From NCBI GenBank assembly GCA_031416075.1, contig JANOSY010000066.1:1-36527 (forward strand): 36,527 nt of DNA, read 5' to 3'. Positions 19,091-27,327 of the stretch are shown in pieces. The stretch comes from Candidatus Tenderia sp. (lineage in GTDB: Bacteria; Pseudomonadota; Gammaproteobacteria; Tenderiales; Tenderiaceae). Each line of letters opens with the position of its first letter. Position 1 is the first letter of the stretch. Both the position numbers and the translations under genes were made by a program. A model generated the notes under the pieces. The model was not told where the DNA came from, did not search any database, and was given only the letters and a program-made list of their open reading frames with translations.

Positions 19091-19423
19091 ATGAAAATAC
19101 AACACATTATTCTAAGTGCTATTTTGTCACTGGCCATCACCGGCACGGCGATGGCCCAGACCAGTACCAACAACAATACCAATACCAACGTCACAACCAA
19201 CAACGGTACTGGCCCCGTCTTCTCTGGCAGTTTTGGCGGCTCGTTTAGCATGTCCAGCAACGGCACCACCATTAATCAGAATATGGGAACGGACACTTTT
19301 TCCCAATGTTTCAGTTTCACCTCCGGTCTGATGCAGATCGTGCAGATCATACTGGGCAACTCGTTTACCCAGACCATGACCTTTTTAACCGGCACAGAGC
19401 CGGTGGTTGACCCCTGTCTCTGA
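19091..19423 (+). CDS. Small secreted T/N/S/G-rich hypothetical protein
   Basis: GAGG RBS, Sec signal peptide ending AMA|Q, upstream TATGAT -10, downstream 11-bp hairpin. Confidence 0.7.
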   Translation: MKIQHIILSAILSLAITGTAMAQTSTNNNTNTNVTTNNGTGPVFSGSFGGSFSMSSNGTTINQNMGTDTFSQCFSFTSGLMQIVQIILGNSFTQTMTFLTGTEPVVDPCL

Positions 19424-19444
19424 CCTGAGGCAGTCTGCACAACC

Positions 19445-19473
19445 GGCGTGGACAGGAGCGCTCTGTCCACGCC
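19445..19473. terminator. Hairpin between convergent genes
   Basis: GGCGTGGACAG-N7-CTGTCCACGCC, with no U-tract. Confidence 0.5.
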
Positions 19474-19498
19474 ACTGCCACACCCCTATCCCCCCTGA

Positions 19499-20887
19499 TT
19501 AACCGCGCCGCCAGGTGGTAATACCGGCACCATCTTCCAGAATTATCTTCTGCGTCAATAGCTCATCACGGATACGGTCTGCTTCGGCCCAATTTTTATT
19601 TTTACGGGCATCGAGACGCTGCTGGATAAGGGTGTCGATATCAACATCACTCAAGCCATCTGGAGTCTGTACACCCCCTTTGAGAAAAACATCCGCATCA
19701 TCTTGCAACAGCCCCAACACCCCACCCAGATAACGGAGCTGGCCTGCCAGCTGAATCGCCGCCGCGCCGCTGTGATCGGCCTTGGCCCTGTTCAGGGCAT
19801 TGGTAATTTCAAACAGCACTGCCAGTGCTTCAACACTATTAAAATCATCATCCATGGCGTTACGGAAACGTGCCTCATATTCTCCACCATCCTCGATCAC
19901 TACGGTCTCGACACCACGCAGTGCGGTATAAAAACGTTCAAGCGCTATCTTGGCGCCATCAAGATTCTGGTCTGCGTAGTTAAGTGCGCTGCGGTAGTGG
20001 CTGGCCAGAATAAAGTAGCGGATCACCTCCGGCGCATACTCTTTAAGCACTTCACGCAGGGTAAAAAAATTATTGAGTGATTTGGACATCTTCTCTTCGT
20101 TGATCTGCACAAAACCGTTGTGCATCCAGACGTTTACAAATTGGCAGCCAGTGGCCGCTTCAGACTGGGCAATCTCATTTTCGTGGTGTGGAAATTGTAG
20201 ATCAAGGCCGCCGCCATGGATGTCAAAATGGTTGCCAAGGCAGTCGGTGGCCATGGCAGAACATTCGATATGCCAGCCGGGACGACCCGCGCCCCAAGGG
20301 GAGTCCCAACTCGGCTCATCCGGTTTTGCCGCCTTCCACAAAACAAAGTCCATGGGATCATCCTTAACCTCATCCACGGCTACGCGCTCACCGGCCCGCA
20401 GATCCTCCAGTTTTTTGCCCGATAGTTTGCCGTAACCGTCAAACTTGCTGACATCGTAATAGACATCTCCATTGCTGGCGGGATAGGCGTACCCCTTTTC
20501 AACCAGGGTTGCGATCATCGCCGTGATCAGCTCCATTGAGGTGGTCGCCTTTGGCTCCTGGTCCGGCGGCAACACCCCCAGCGCCGCCGAGTCCTGGTGC
20601 ATGGCATCAATAAAACGCTGGGTCAGCGCCGCCATCGGCTCACCGTTTTCATGGGCACGTTTGATGATTTTGTCATCGACATCGGTGATGTTACGGACGT
20701 AATTGACCTCATAACCGCTGTGGCGCAGATAGCGCACTACCATATCAAAGACCACCAGCACCCGTGCATGACCAATGTGGCAATAGTCGTAGACCGTCAT
20801 GCCACAGACATAAAGCCCCACCTTGCCCGGCGTGATGGGGGTAAACACCTCTTTCTGGCGGCTAAGGTTGTTATGAATCTTTAACAT
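19499..20887 (-). CDS. cysS: Cysteine--tRNA ligase
   Basis: [32 protein letters not shown]. True start is MLKIHNN at 20887. Confidence 0.98.
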   Translation of the reverse strand: MLKIHNNLSRQKEVFTPITPGKVGLYVCGMTVYDYCHIGHARVLVVFDMVVRYLRHSGYEVNYVRNITDVDDKIIKRAHENGEPMAALTQRFIDAMHQDSAALGVLPPDQEPKATTSMELITAMIATLVEKGYAYPASNGDVYYDVSKFDGYGKLSGKKLEDLRAGERVAVDEVKDDPMDFVLWKAAKPDEPSWDSPWGAGRPGWHIECSAMATDCLGNHFDIHGGGLDLQFPHHENEIAQSEAATGCQFVNVWMHNGFVQINEEKMSKSLNNFFTLREVLKEYAPEVIRYFILASHYRSALNYADQNLDGAKIALERFYTALRGVETVVIEDGGEYEARFRNAMDDDFNSVEALAVLFEITNALNRAKADHSGAAAIQLAGQLRYLGGVLGLLQDDADVFLKGGVQTPDGLSDVDIDTLIQQRLDARKNKNWAEADRIRDELLTQKIILEDGAGITTWRRG

Positions 20888-21045
20888 GGGGATATCCTGC
20901 AGCTGTGTTGACACAAACAAAGGCCGCCATTGTAGCCAACACTCCCCCGCGACGCTATTCCGTCGGCCACGCCAACGGTTACCATGACAGCCGCCGATCA
21001 AACCGATATCATGGACGGCCTTATCCACTATATAGGTATGTCTCA

Positions 21046-21633
21046 ATGAAACAGCTGTTCCAAACCCTGATCCTGGCCGGTGCAACCACCCTCTTCTCCC
21101 TCAGCGCCAGCGCTGCCGGCGACCACCCCCGTGTCCAGCTACAGACCAATATGGGCAACATCACAGTTGAGCTGGATGCCAAGGCAGCCCCCAACAGCGT
21201 TGCCAACTTCATCAAATATGTAGAAGATGGCACTTACAACGGCACCATCTTTCACCGCGTGATCAGTGACTTTATGGTCCAGGGCGGCGGTTTTGGTACT
21301 GACTACAACCAGAAAAAGACCCGTGCCCCGATCAAAAACGAGGCCAATAACGGTTTAAAAAACAGCCGTGGCACCATCGCCATGGCCCGCACTGGCGATC
21401 CTCACTCCGCCACTACCCAGTTCTTTATCAATACCGTGGATAACGGTTTCCTCGACTACACCGCCCCCTCCATGCAGGGCTGGGGCTACGCAGTCTTTGG
21501 CAAAGTGGTAGAGGGGATGGATACCGTCGACAAGATCCGCGCCCTGCCCACCGGACGTGGCGGCCCGTTCCCAAGTGATGTCCCCAAAGAGAAGGTAATC
21601 ATCAACAAAGCCACTGTTGTTACTGACAAATAA
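21046..21633 (+). CDS. Cyclophilin-type peptidyl-prolyl isomerase with signal peptide
   Basis: [35 protein letters not shown]. Start is MKQLF at 21046. Confidence 0.93.
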   Translation: MKQLFQTLILAGATTLFSLSASAAGDHPRVQLQTNMGNITVELDAKAAPNSVANFIKYVEDGTYNGTIFHRVISDFMVQGGGFGTDYNQKKTRAPIKNEANNGLKNSRGTIAMARTGDPHSATTQFFINTVDNGFLDYTAPSMQGWGYAVFGKVVEGMDTVDKIRALPTGRGGPFPSDVPKEKVIINKATVVTDK

Positions 21634-21688
21634 TACGTCTCGCCGCCCCTCCTACCGGGAGGGGCTACACGCCACCAATGGATCTGCC

Positions 21689-22408
21689 ATGATCACCCTG
21701 TTTATCGCCGACATCCACCTGGGCAACGAACACCCAGAGATTAGCCAACGTTTTTGTGACTTTTTGTACGGCGAGGCCAGCCGCGCCACCGCCCTGTATA
21801 TCCTCGGTGATCTGTTTGAGGTCTGGATTGGCGACGACGGCAACCAGCCAGAACACGCCGCCGCCATCACCGCACTGCAACAGCTCACCCAAAGCGGGGT
21901 ACCGGTCTACGTGATGCACGGCAACCGCGATTTTCTGCTCGGCCCCCAGTTTGCCACCGAGACCGGATGCACCCTAATCGACGATCCGGTTGTGATCGAC
22001 CTATACGGCAAACCGACGCTGTTGATGCATGGCGACAGCCTCTGTACCGATGACCATGAGTACCTCCAGTTTCGTGCGCAGATGCGTAACCCAGCGTGGC
22101 AGCAGCAGTTTTTAAGCCAAAGCGTTGAACAACGGCTCGCCACTGCCCGCCACTACCGGGAGGAGAGTCGTCGTCGCAATCAGGGCAAGACGCAGGAGAT
22201 TATGGATGTCAACGCCACCGCCGTCGTCGAGGCGATGAAGGCCCACGGCATTAGTCAACTCATTCACGGCCATACCCACCGCCCGGCGCTACACGAACTG
22301 ACGGTTGATCTGCATCCGGCACAGCGCATTGTGCTGGGTGACTGGTACCAACAGCAGAGCGTTTTGCGCTGCGATGCCAGCGGCTGCCAGCTCTCCAACC
22401 TAACCTAA
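21689..22408 (+). CDS. lpxH: UDP-2,3-diacylglucosamine diphosphatase
   Basis: DIHL, LGDLFEVWIGDD, HGNRDFL, MHGD, IHGHTHRP, LGDW. Conserved cysS-ppi-lpxH synteny. Confidence 0.95.
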   Translation: MITLFIADIHLGNEHPEISQRFCDFLYGEASRATALYILGDLFEVWIGDDGNQPEHAAAITALQQLTQSGVPVYVMHGNRDFLLGPQFATETGCTLIDDPVVIDLYGKPTLLMHGDSLCTDDHEYLQFRAQMRNPAWQQQFLSQSVEQRLATARHYREESRRRNQGKTQEIMDVNATAVVEAMKAHGISQLIHGHTHRPALHELTVDLHPAQRIVLGDWYQQQSVLRCDASGCQLSNLT

Positions 22409-22417
22409 GGCCAATCC

Positions 22418-23368
22418 TCAAATCCCGTTTCGCAGCTGCAGGGCATCGGGATAAGGATCGAGGTAGTGCTGTTGCTGCAGATAGGCGTTAGGGTGTCTGC
22501 CAAGATGGTGTTTCAGCAGCGTCATTGGCACCACCAGTGGCACCCTACCCAGGCGATACCGGTCAATCAGCCCCAGCAGCTCGTGTTTCTCCCGCGCCAC
22601 AATCTGGCGCTTTAAATACCCCATCAGGTGGACCAGCACATTGGTATGGTTGCCACGACTGGCCAACGGACGCAGTGCCGTCATCAATGCCTCAAAGTAA
22701 CGTTGCGCCAGCGCCTCAATCCCACCATCACCCGCCGTCGCCACCAGCTGTCCCAGCTGACGATAGGGGACCGGCCCCCGCGCCATCACCATATATTTAT
22801 GTTCAGTATGAAACGCCACCAAACGGGCCGCCGTAATACCTTCGGCAGACAGTTGCCACCAGCGCTGGCAGACGTAAACCCGCTCTATAAAATTCTCGCG
22901 CAGCGCTAAATCCTGCAGCCGCCCCTCCTCCTCCACCGGCAGCCAAGGGTGTGCTGTCAACAGCTCATGGGTAAACAGCCCCACCCCCTCACGACTCGGG
23001 ATGCCGTTATCACCATAAAGGCGTACCCGCGCCATGCCACAGCTGGGGGAATCTTTTTTAACGATAAAACCAGCCACCCGCTCCGGCGCGGCCAGCAGCT
23101 GGGCCGCTGTCTGGCGTCCAAATGCTGTCAGCGCTGCGCTCACATCAACCCCATCGCGGTTACCCACCGCCCGTACCCCGTCCGACACGTACTTCAAACG
23201 CAAGGTCTGGCGCGGTGCACCCAGGCCGATCGCCATCTCCGGGCAGAGCGGCACAAAATCAAAAAACTGTCCGAGGGTCTCGGTCACCCACGGCGCACGT
23301 TTGTGGCCACCATCAAATCGGACCGGCTGCCCCAGCAGACAGGCACTGATACCTAAGCGGGGCCTCAT
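22418..23368 (-). CDS. DUF523-DUF1722 (YbgA/RudS-like) Fe-S desulfidase
   Basis: SACLLG, CPEM, KKDSPSCG, EEEGRL, FH..HKY, HLMGY, Y..PYP. Confidence 0.88.
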   Translation of the reverse strand: MRPRLGISACLLGQPVRFDGGHKRAPWVTETLGQFFDFVPLCPEMAIGLGAPRQTLRLKYVSDGVRAVGNRDGVDVSAALTAFGRQTAAQLLAAPERVAGFIVKKDSPSCGMARVRLYGDNGIPSREGVGLFTHELLTAHPWLPVEEEGRLQDLALRENFIERVYVCQRWWQLSAEGITAARLVAFHTEHKYMVMARGPVPYRQLGQLVATAGDGGIEALAQRYFEALMTALRPLASRGNHTNVLVHLMGYLKRQIVAREKHELLGLIDRYRLGRVPLVVPMTLLKHHLGRHPNAYLQQQHYLDPYPDALQLRNGI

Positions 23369-23910
23369 AACAGCTTCTCGATAGCGCCAACCAGATCCGT
23401 GCCCAGCGGTTCGCTACGACTTGGATAACTGGCCACCAACTTACCGTCACGGCCAATCAGATATTTATGAAAATTCCAGCCGGGGTAACTGCCCGACGCA
23501 GCTGCCAACGCCTTAAACAGCGGATCATCGGTACCGGCGGCCACATGGCTCTTTTCAAACATTGGAAACTTCACCCCGTAGGTGAGGCGGCAGAACTCCT
23601 GAATCTGCTCCGCAGTCCCCGGCTCCTGACCCGAAAAATCATTAGAAGGGAACCCCAATACCACCAACCCTTGTGCCTGATAACGGCGATACAGCGTCTC
23701 CAGCCCCTCGTACTGATGGGTATAACCACATTTGCTAGCAGTATTCACCAGCAGGATCACCTTACCCTGATACGCCTGACAGAGATTAACCACCTGCTCT
23801 TTTTTGGCCAGCGGCTGGCGCTCAAAGTTAAGCAGCTCCGCACACTCGGCCGCGCTTAGACGCAACGGTACCAACAGCCATAAAACCACAACAGCGAAGA
23901 GTTTGTTCAT
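23365..23910 (-). CDS. Glutathione peroxidase family protein, probably exported
   Basis: NTASKCGYT, GFPSNDF..QEPG, WNFHKYL. N-terminal signal peptide. AGGAG precedes the ATG at 23910. Confidence 0.92.
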   Translation of the reverse strand: MNKLFAVVVLWLLVPLRLSAAECAELLNFERQPLAKKEQVVNLCQAYQGKVILLVNTASKCGYTHQYEGLETLYRRYQAQGLVVLGFPSNDFSGQEPGTAEQIQEFCRLTYGVKFPMFEKSHVAAGTDDPLFKALAAASGSYPGWNFHKYLIGRDGKLVASYPSRSEPLGTDLVGAIEKLL

Positions 23911-23955
23911 ATACACTCCTTGGTTGAAAATACTTGTACAATAATTACATAAATG

Positions 23956-24003
23956 TTGAAAACTTCCATTTATCCTCTACAATAGTTATACAATAGTTCA
24001 ACA
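23956..24003 (+). promoter_or_regulatory. Sigma70 promoter overlapped by a CarH-type operator
   Basis: TTGAAA-N16-TACAAT. TnnACA repeats at 23976, 23987 and 23998 (11-bp period). Confidence 0.7.
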
Positions 24004-24028
24004 GTCGCACAAGAGCAACCCCCAGATC

Positions 24029-24940
24029 ATGGCCGCAGATAACGATAATGGACTCTTCCCCATACGCACCGTCTCCAGCCTGACCGGGGTCAACTCCGTG
24101 ACTATTCGGGCCTGGGAGCGACGTTATGGTCTGCTGCAACCAGAGCGCACCGCCAAGGGCCATCGACTCTATTCACAGGCCGACATCAACCTCATCAATC
24201 AGGTAGTAGCGCTCCTGAATAAGGGCATGGCCATCAGCCAGGTTAAACCCCATCTGGAGACTCGCCAACAGACAGACCCTAACCACGGTCCTTGGGGCGA
24301 CTACCAGCAGCGCATGTTAAAGGCCGTGGTGCGTTTTGATGACCGCGCCCTGGAGGGGTGTTACAACGAGGTGCTCTCGCTCTATCCCATTGAGATGGCT
24401 ACCCAGCAACTGATCTTGCCGCTACTGCAGCATCTGGGAGAGCGCTGGAGCAGCGCCGAAGGGAGCGTGGCAGAGGAGCATTTTTTTGGTGCCTACCTGA
24501 GGAACAAGCTCGGGGCGCGTTTTCACCATGAGGCCAGCCGGGCACAAGGCCCCAAACTGCTCGCCGCCTGTCTGCCCGGCGAACACCATGAGGTTGGGCT
24601 ACTACTGGTCTGCCTATCGATGATGGCCCACGGTTACCGCATCGTTCTACTAGGGGGGGATACACCGCTGGAAGAGCTGGCCATTCCCGCCGCACACAGT
24701 GGTGCCGCCGCTGTGCTGCTCTCCAGCGCCATCGACCCCAGCACCGATCTGCTGTACAACAGACTCCCCCGTCTAGTCCAGCAGCTGAACATCCCGGTTT
24801 TCATTGGCGGCCCCACCGCCTTGCGCCACCACAACGCCATTCAACAGGCCGGGGCCATTGCACTCGGCACCGATATCCAGCACGCCTTAACACGGATAGC
24901 CGCCACACTTCATACAACTCAACCACCGGAGCAGTCATGA
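24029..24940 (+). CDS. MerR-family cobalamin-binding photoreceptor/repressor (CarH/LitR type)
   Basis: MerR HTH (TIRAWERRYG..GHRLY), W-x9-EH (WSSAEGSVAEEH), ExHxxG (EHHEVG). Confidence 0.9.
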   Translation: MAADNDNGLFPIRTVSSLTGVNSVTIRAWERRYGLLQPERTAKGHRLYSQADINLINQVVALLNKGMAISQVKPHLETRQQTDPNHGPWGDYQQRMLKAVVRFDDRALEGCYNEVLSLYPIEMATQQLILPLLQHLGERWSSAEGSVAEEHFFGAYLRNKLGARFHHEASRAQGPKLLAACLPGEHHEVGLLLVCLSMMAHGYRIVLLGGDTPLEELAIPAAHSGAAAVLLSSAIDPSTDLLYNRLPRLVQQLNIPVFIGGPTALRHHNAIQQAGAIALGTDIQHALTRIAATLHTTQPPEQS

Positions 24941-26385
24941 CAGATAACGCCATCGTCTGGTTTCGCCAAGACCTGCGCCTCGCAGACAACCCCGCCTTGC
25001 ACCAGGCGCTACGCCAGCACAAGCAGGTCACACTACTCTATATACATGCCCCCGATGAGGCCGCACCTTGGCAACCCGGTGCCGCCAAACAGTGGTGGCA
25101 ACATCACAGCCTCACCGCCCTGCAACAGAGCATAAAAAAATTGGGCGGAAAACTGATCCTGCGCGAAGGGCCAAGCCTGGACACGCTGCAAACCGTACTG
25201 GCAGAAAGCAACGCCCACACTGTCTATTGGAATCGCAGCGTCGAACCGGCGCTAATCAAACGCGACAAAATGATCGAACAACAACTGTCAGAACAAGGGG
25301 TTGAGTGTCACAGCAGCGATGGCAACCTGCTCTACCCCCCCGGCAGCATCCGCACCCAGACCGGCAAACCCTACCAGGTCTTCACCCCTTTCTGGCGCGA
25401 ATGCCAAAAACAGGGGCTGGGGGATGCGCCACTGCCCAGACCCGCACGGCTCCACCCCAGCCCTCTCGCCAGCCTGCCACTGACAGCACTGGCGCTACTC
25501 CCGACCATCCGTTGGGATCAAGGGCTTGAACAGTGCTGGCAACCGGGTGAGGCGCACGCCCAGCAACGGCTGGCGCAATTTTGTGATGGCGCGCTCAACC
25601 ACTATCCTGAACAGCGCGATCTGCCTGCCCAGCCCGGCACCTCCAGCCTCTCCCCCTATCTCGCCAATGGTGAGATCACCCCGCGCCAGATCAGTGCCGC
25701 CTTGATGACCCAATTCATAGGCAACCACAGCAGCGCCAGTAGTGTAGAAACCGTCATCCGCCAACTGGGATGGCGCGAGTTTGCCCACCATATCCTCTAC
25801 CACTACCCCCACACCGCCGAAGCGCCACTCAACGAGCGCTACCAATCCTTCCCCTGGCACAACAACCCGGCGCTACTGCACGCCTGGCAGCAGGGCAAAA
25901 CCGGCTTCCCCATCATCGACGCCGGCATGCGCCAGCTCTGGCAGAGCGGCTGGATGCACAACCGGGTACGGATGGTGGTCGCCTCGTTCCTATGCAAAAA
26001 CGGACTCATCCACTGGCGCGAAGGGGCAGATTGGTTTTGGGATACGTTGGTCGATGCCGATCTCGCCAGCAACAGCCTTAACTGGCAGTGGGCCGCCGGG
26101 TGTGGCGCAGATGCCGCACCTTACTTCCGGGTTTTTAATCCCGTACGTCAGAGCGAACGTTTTGATGCCGACGGCGAATATCTGCGCCACTGGTTACCGG
26201 AATTAAATGCAGCGCCCAAAAAGCTGGTCCACCAACCCTGGAAGATCAGCAAAGGTATTCAACAGCAGAGTGAATTGCAGATTGGCAATGGCTACCCACC
26301 ACCGATCCTCGACCTGAACATCACCCGCCAACAGGCGATTGCCACGGCCAAGGTTGCAATAAGAAGAGAGATAGGCGGCCTCTGA
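24937..26385 (+). CDS. phrB: Class I CPD photolyase
   Basis: WFRQDLRLADNPAL, TSSLSPYL, WREF, TGFPIIDAGMRQL, MHNRVRM, NWQW, FRVFNP. Confidence 0.92.
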   Translation: MTDNAIVWFRQDLRLADNPALHQALRQHKQVTLLYIHAPDEAAPWQPGAAKQWWQHHSLTALQQSIKKLGGKLILREGPSLDTLQTVLAESNAHTVYWNRSVEPALIKRDKMIEQQLSEQGVECHSSDGNLLYPPGSIRTQTGKPYQVFTPFWRECQKQGLGDAPLPRPARLHPSPLASLPLTALALLPTIRWDQGLEQCWQPGEAHAQQRLAQFCDGALNHYPEQRDLPAQPGTSSLSPYLANGEITPRQISAALMTQFIGNHSSASSVETVIRQLGWREFAHHILYHYPHTAEAPLNERYQSFPWHNNPALLHAWQQGKTGFPIIDAGMRQLWQSGWMHNRVRMVVASFLCKNGLIHWREGADWFWDTLVDADLASNSLNWQWAAGCGADAAPYFRVFNPVRQSERFDADGEYLRHWLPELNAAPKKLVHQPWKISKGIQQQSELQIGNGYPPPILDLNITRQQAIATAKVAIRREIGGL

Positions 26386-26500
26386 AAACCCCGTTCGCCC
26401 TGAGCCTGTCGAAGGGCTGGTGACGTAACGTATTGATTGTTAACCACCCTCCACTCATGGTTCGACAAGATCACTAAGAGAGGAGGACTTATTCAGAGGC
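26378..26500. repeat. REP/MITE-like element
   Basis: Outer inverted repeat GCCTCTGAA/TTCAGAGGC encloses CCGTTCGCCCTGAGCCTGTCGAAGGG...GGTTCGACAAGATCAC, a widespread palindromic repeat type. Confidence 0.65.
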
Positions 26501-26530
26501 TCCATCGCTTGATCACAGTGTCCCGCTCAT

Positions 26531-26555
26531 AAAAAACCCCGCATCAGGCGGGGTT
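26531..26555 (-). terminator. Intrinsic terminator
   Basis: AACCCCGC/GCGGGGTT stem running into a T6 tract on the minus strand. Confidence 0.8.
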
Positions 26556-26580
26556 CAAAAAACAGAACTGCTACCAAAAT

Positions 26581-26703
26581 TTAGAACATGAAGCGAGCCA
26601 TTACACTGCCAACATCATTTTTAGCAGGGTAAGTGGCACTACCGGCAGCACTTTTCAACTCCTTAACGTAAGCGGCAGTGAATCGCAGATTTTGGGCTGG
26701 CGC
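26581..26703 (-). pseudogene. Orphan 3' end of an outer-membrane beta-barrel gene
   Basis: Manual translation: APAQNLRFTAAYVKELKSAAGSATYPAKNDVGSVMARFMF*. Two amphipathic strands, terminal Phe, and a terminator directly after. Confidence 0.6.
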
Positions 26704-27319
26704 TGCCGATAAAATCACCCGGATTATCTTCACCAATGCGCGCGAGCAGCTGCTCCACAACAGCGCTCGGCGCGGTCACGCTACTGGAACCTACCGCCAG
26801 CAGGAACGGCCCCGCGCCCCGCGCCAGAAAAAACAGCTCATGTGGTAGCCAACCGAGCCGCAACTGCGGTGGCTGATCACCGAGGCCAGCCGGGTCGGAC
26901 GTCACCTCCAGACGCCAGTAACGGTCGCTGTTGATGCTCATGCTGGGCTCATTGTGCAACTCAGTGCCCTGCTCCTGGAGTCGATAGAACAGACCGCTAT
27001 AACGCCGCATCCACGGCGCACTCTTTGTTGCACTCGACAACAACACACCTTCCAACAGGCTGTTGTTCTCTGCCAGCAGCAGATCGATACGACCGACTGG
27101 CAGCTGGGCCTGAGTATCGAATTCGTATACGGGTTTAGTCTCTTGGCTGCGCTGACCGGCGATCTCCAGCCATTGATCAACGGGGCGCGTAGTGCTGCGT
27201 GGCAGGTACACCTGCACGGTGGTAACCAGCGGATAACCGAAGGCAAACTCTTCCGCTGTCAGTGCAAAGAGTGGCAACGGCACAACGCAGAGCAACCACA
27301 TAACTACAAAACGTTTCAT
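26663..27319 (-). pseudogene. DUF3999-like gene, internally deleted and 3'-truncated
   Basis: Signal peptide plus FAFGYPL, then YRL..RYWRL..LGW.P..L.FLARG.GPF.LA.G. Follows DUF2339. Only 218 aa with no C-terminal TM helix. Confidence 0.6.
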
Positions 27320-27327
27320 GCCGTGGC

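Noticed and set aside
20888-21085. Overlapping N-terminal extensions of cysS and the cyclophilin in the ORF track
   Set aside because: Artefacts of longest-ORF calling. Homology begins at 20887 and 21046.
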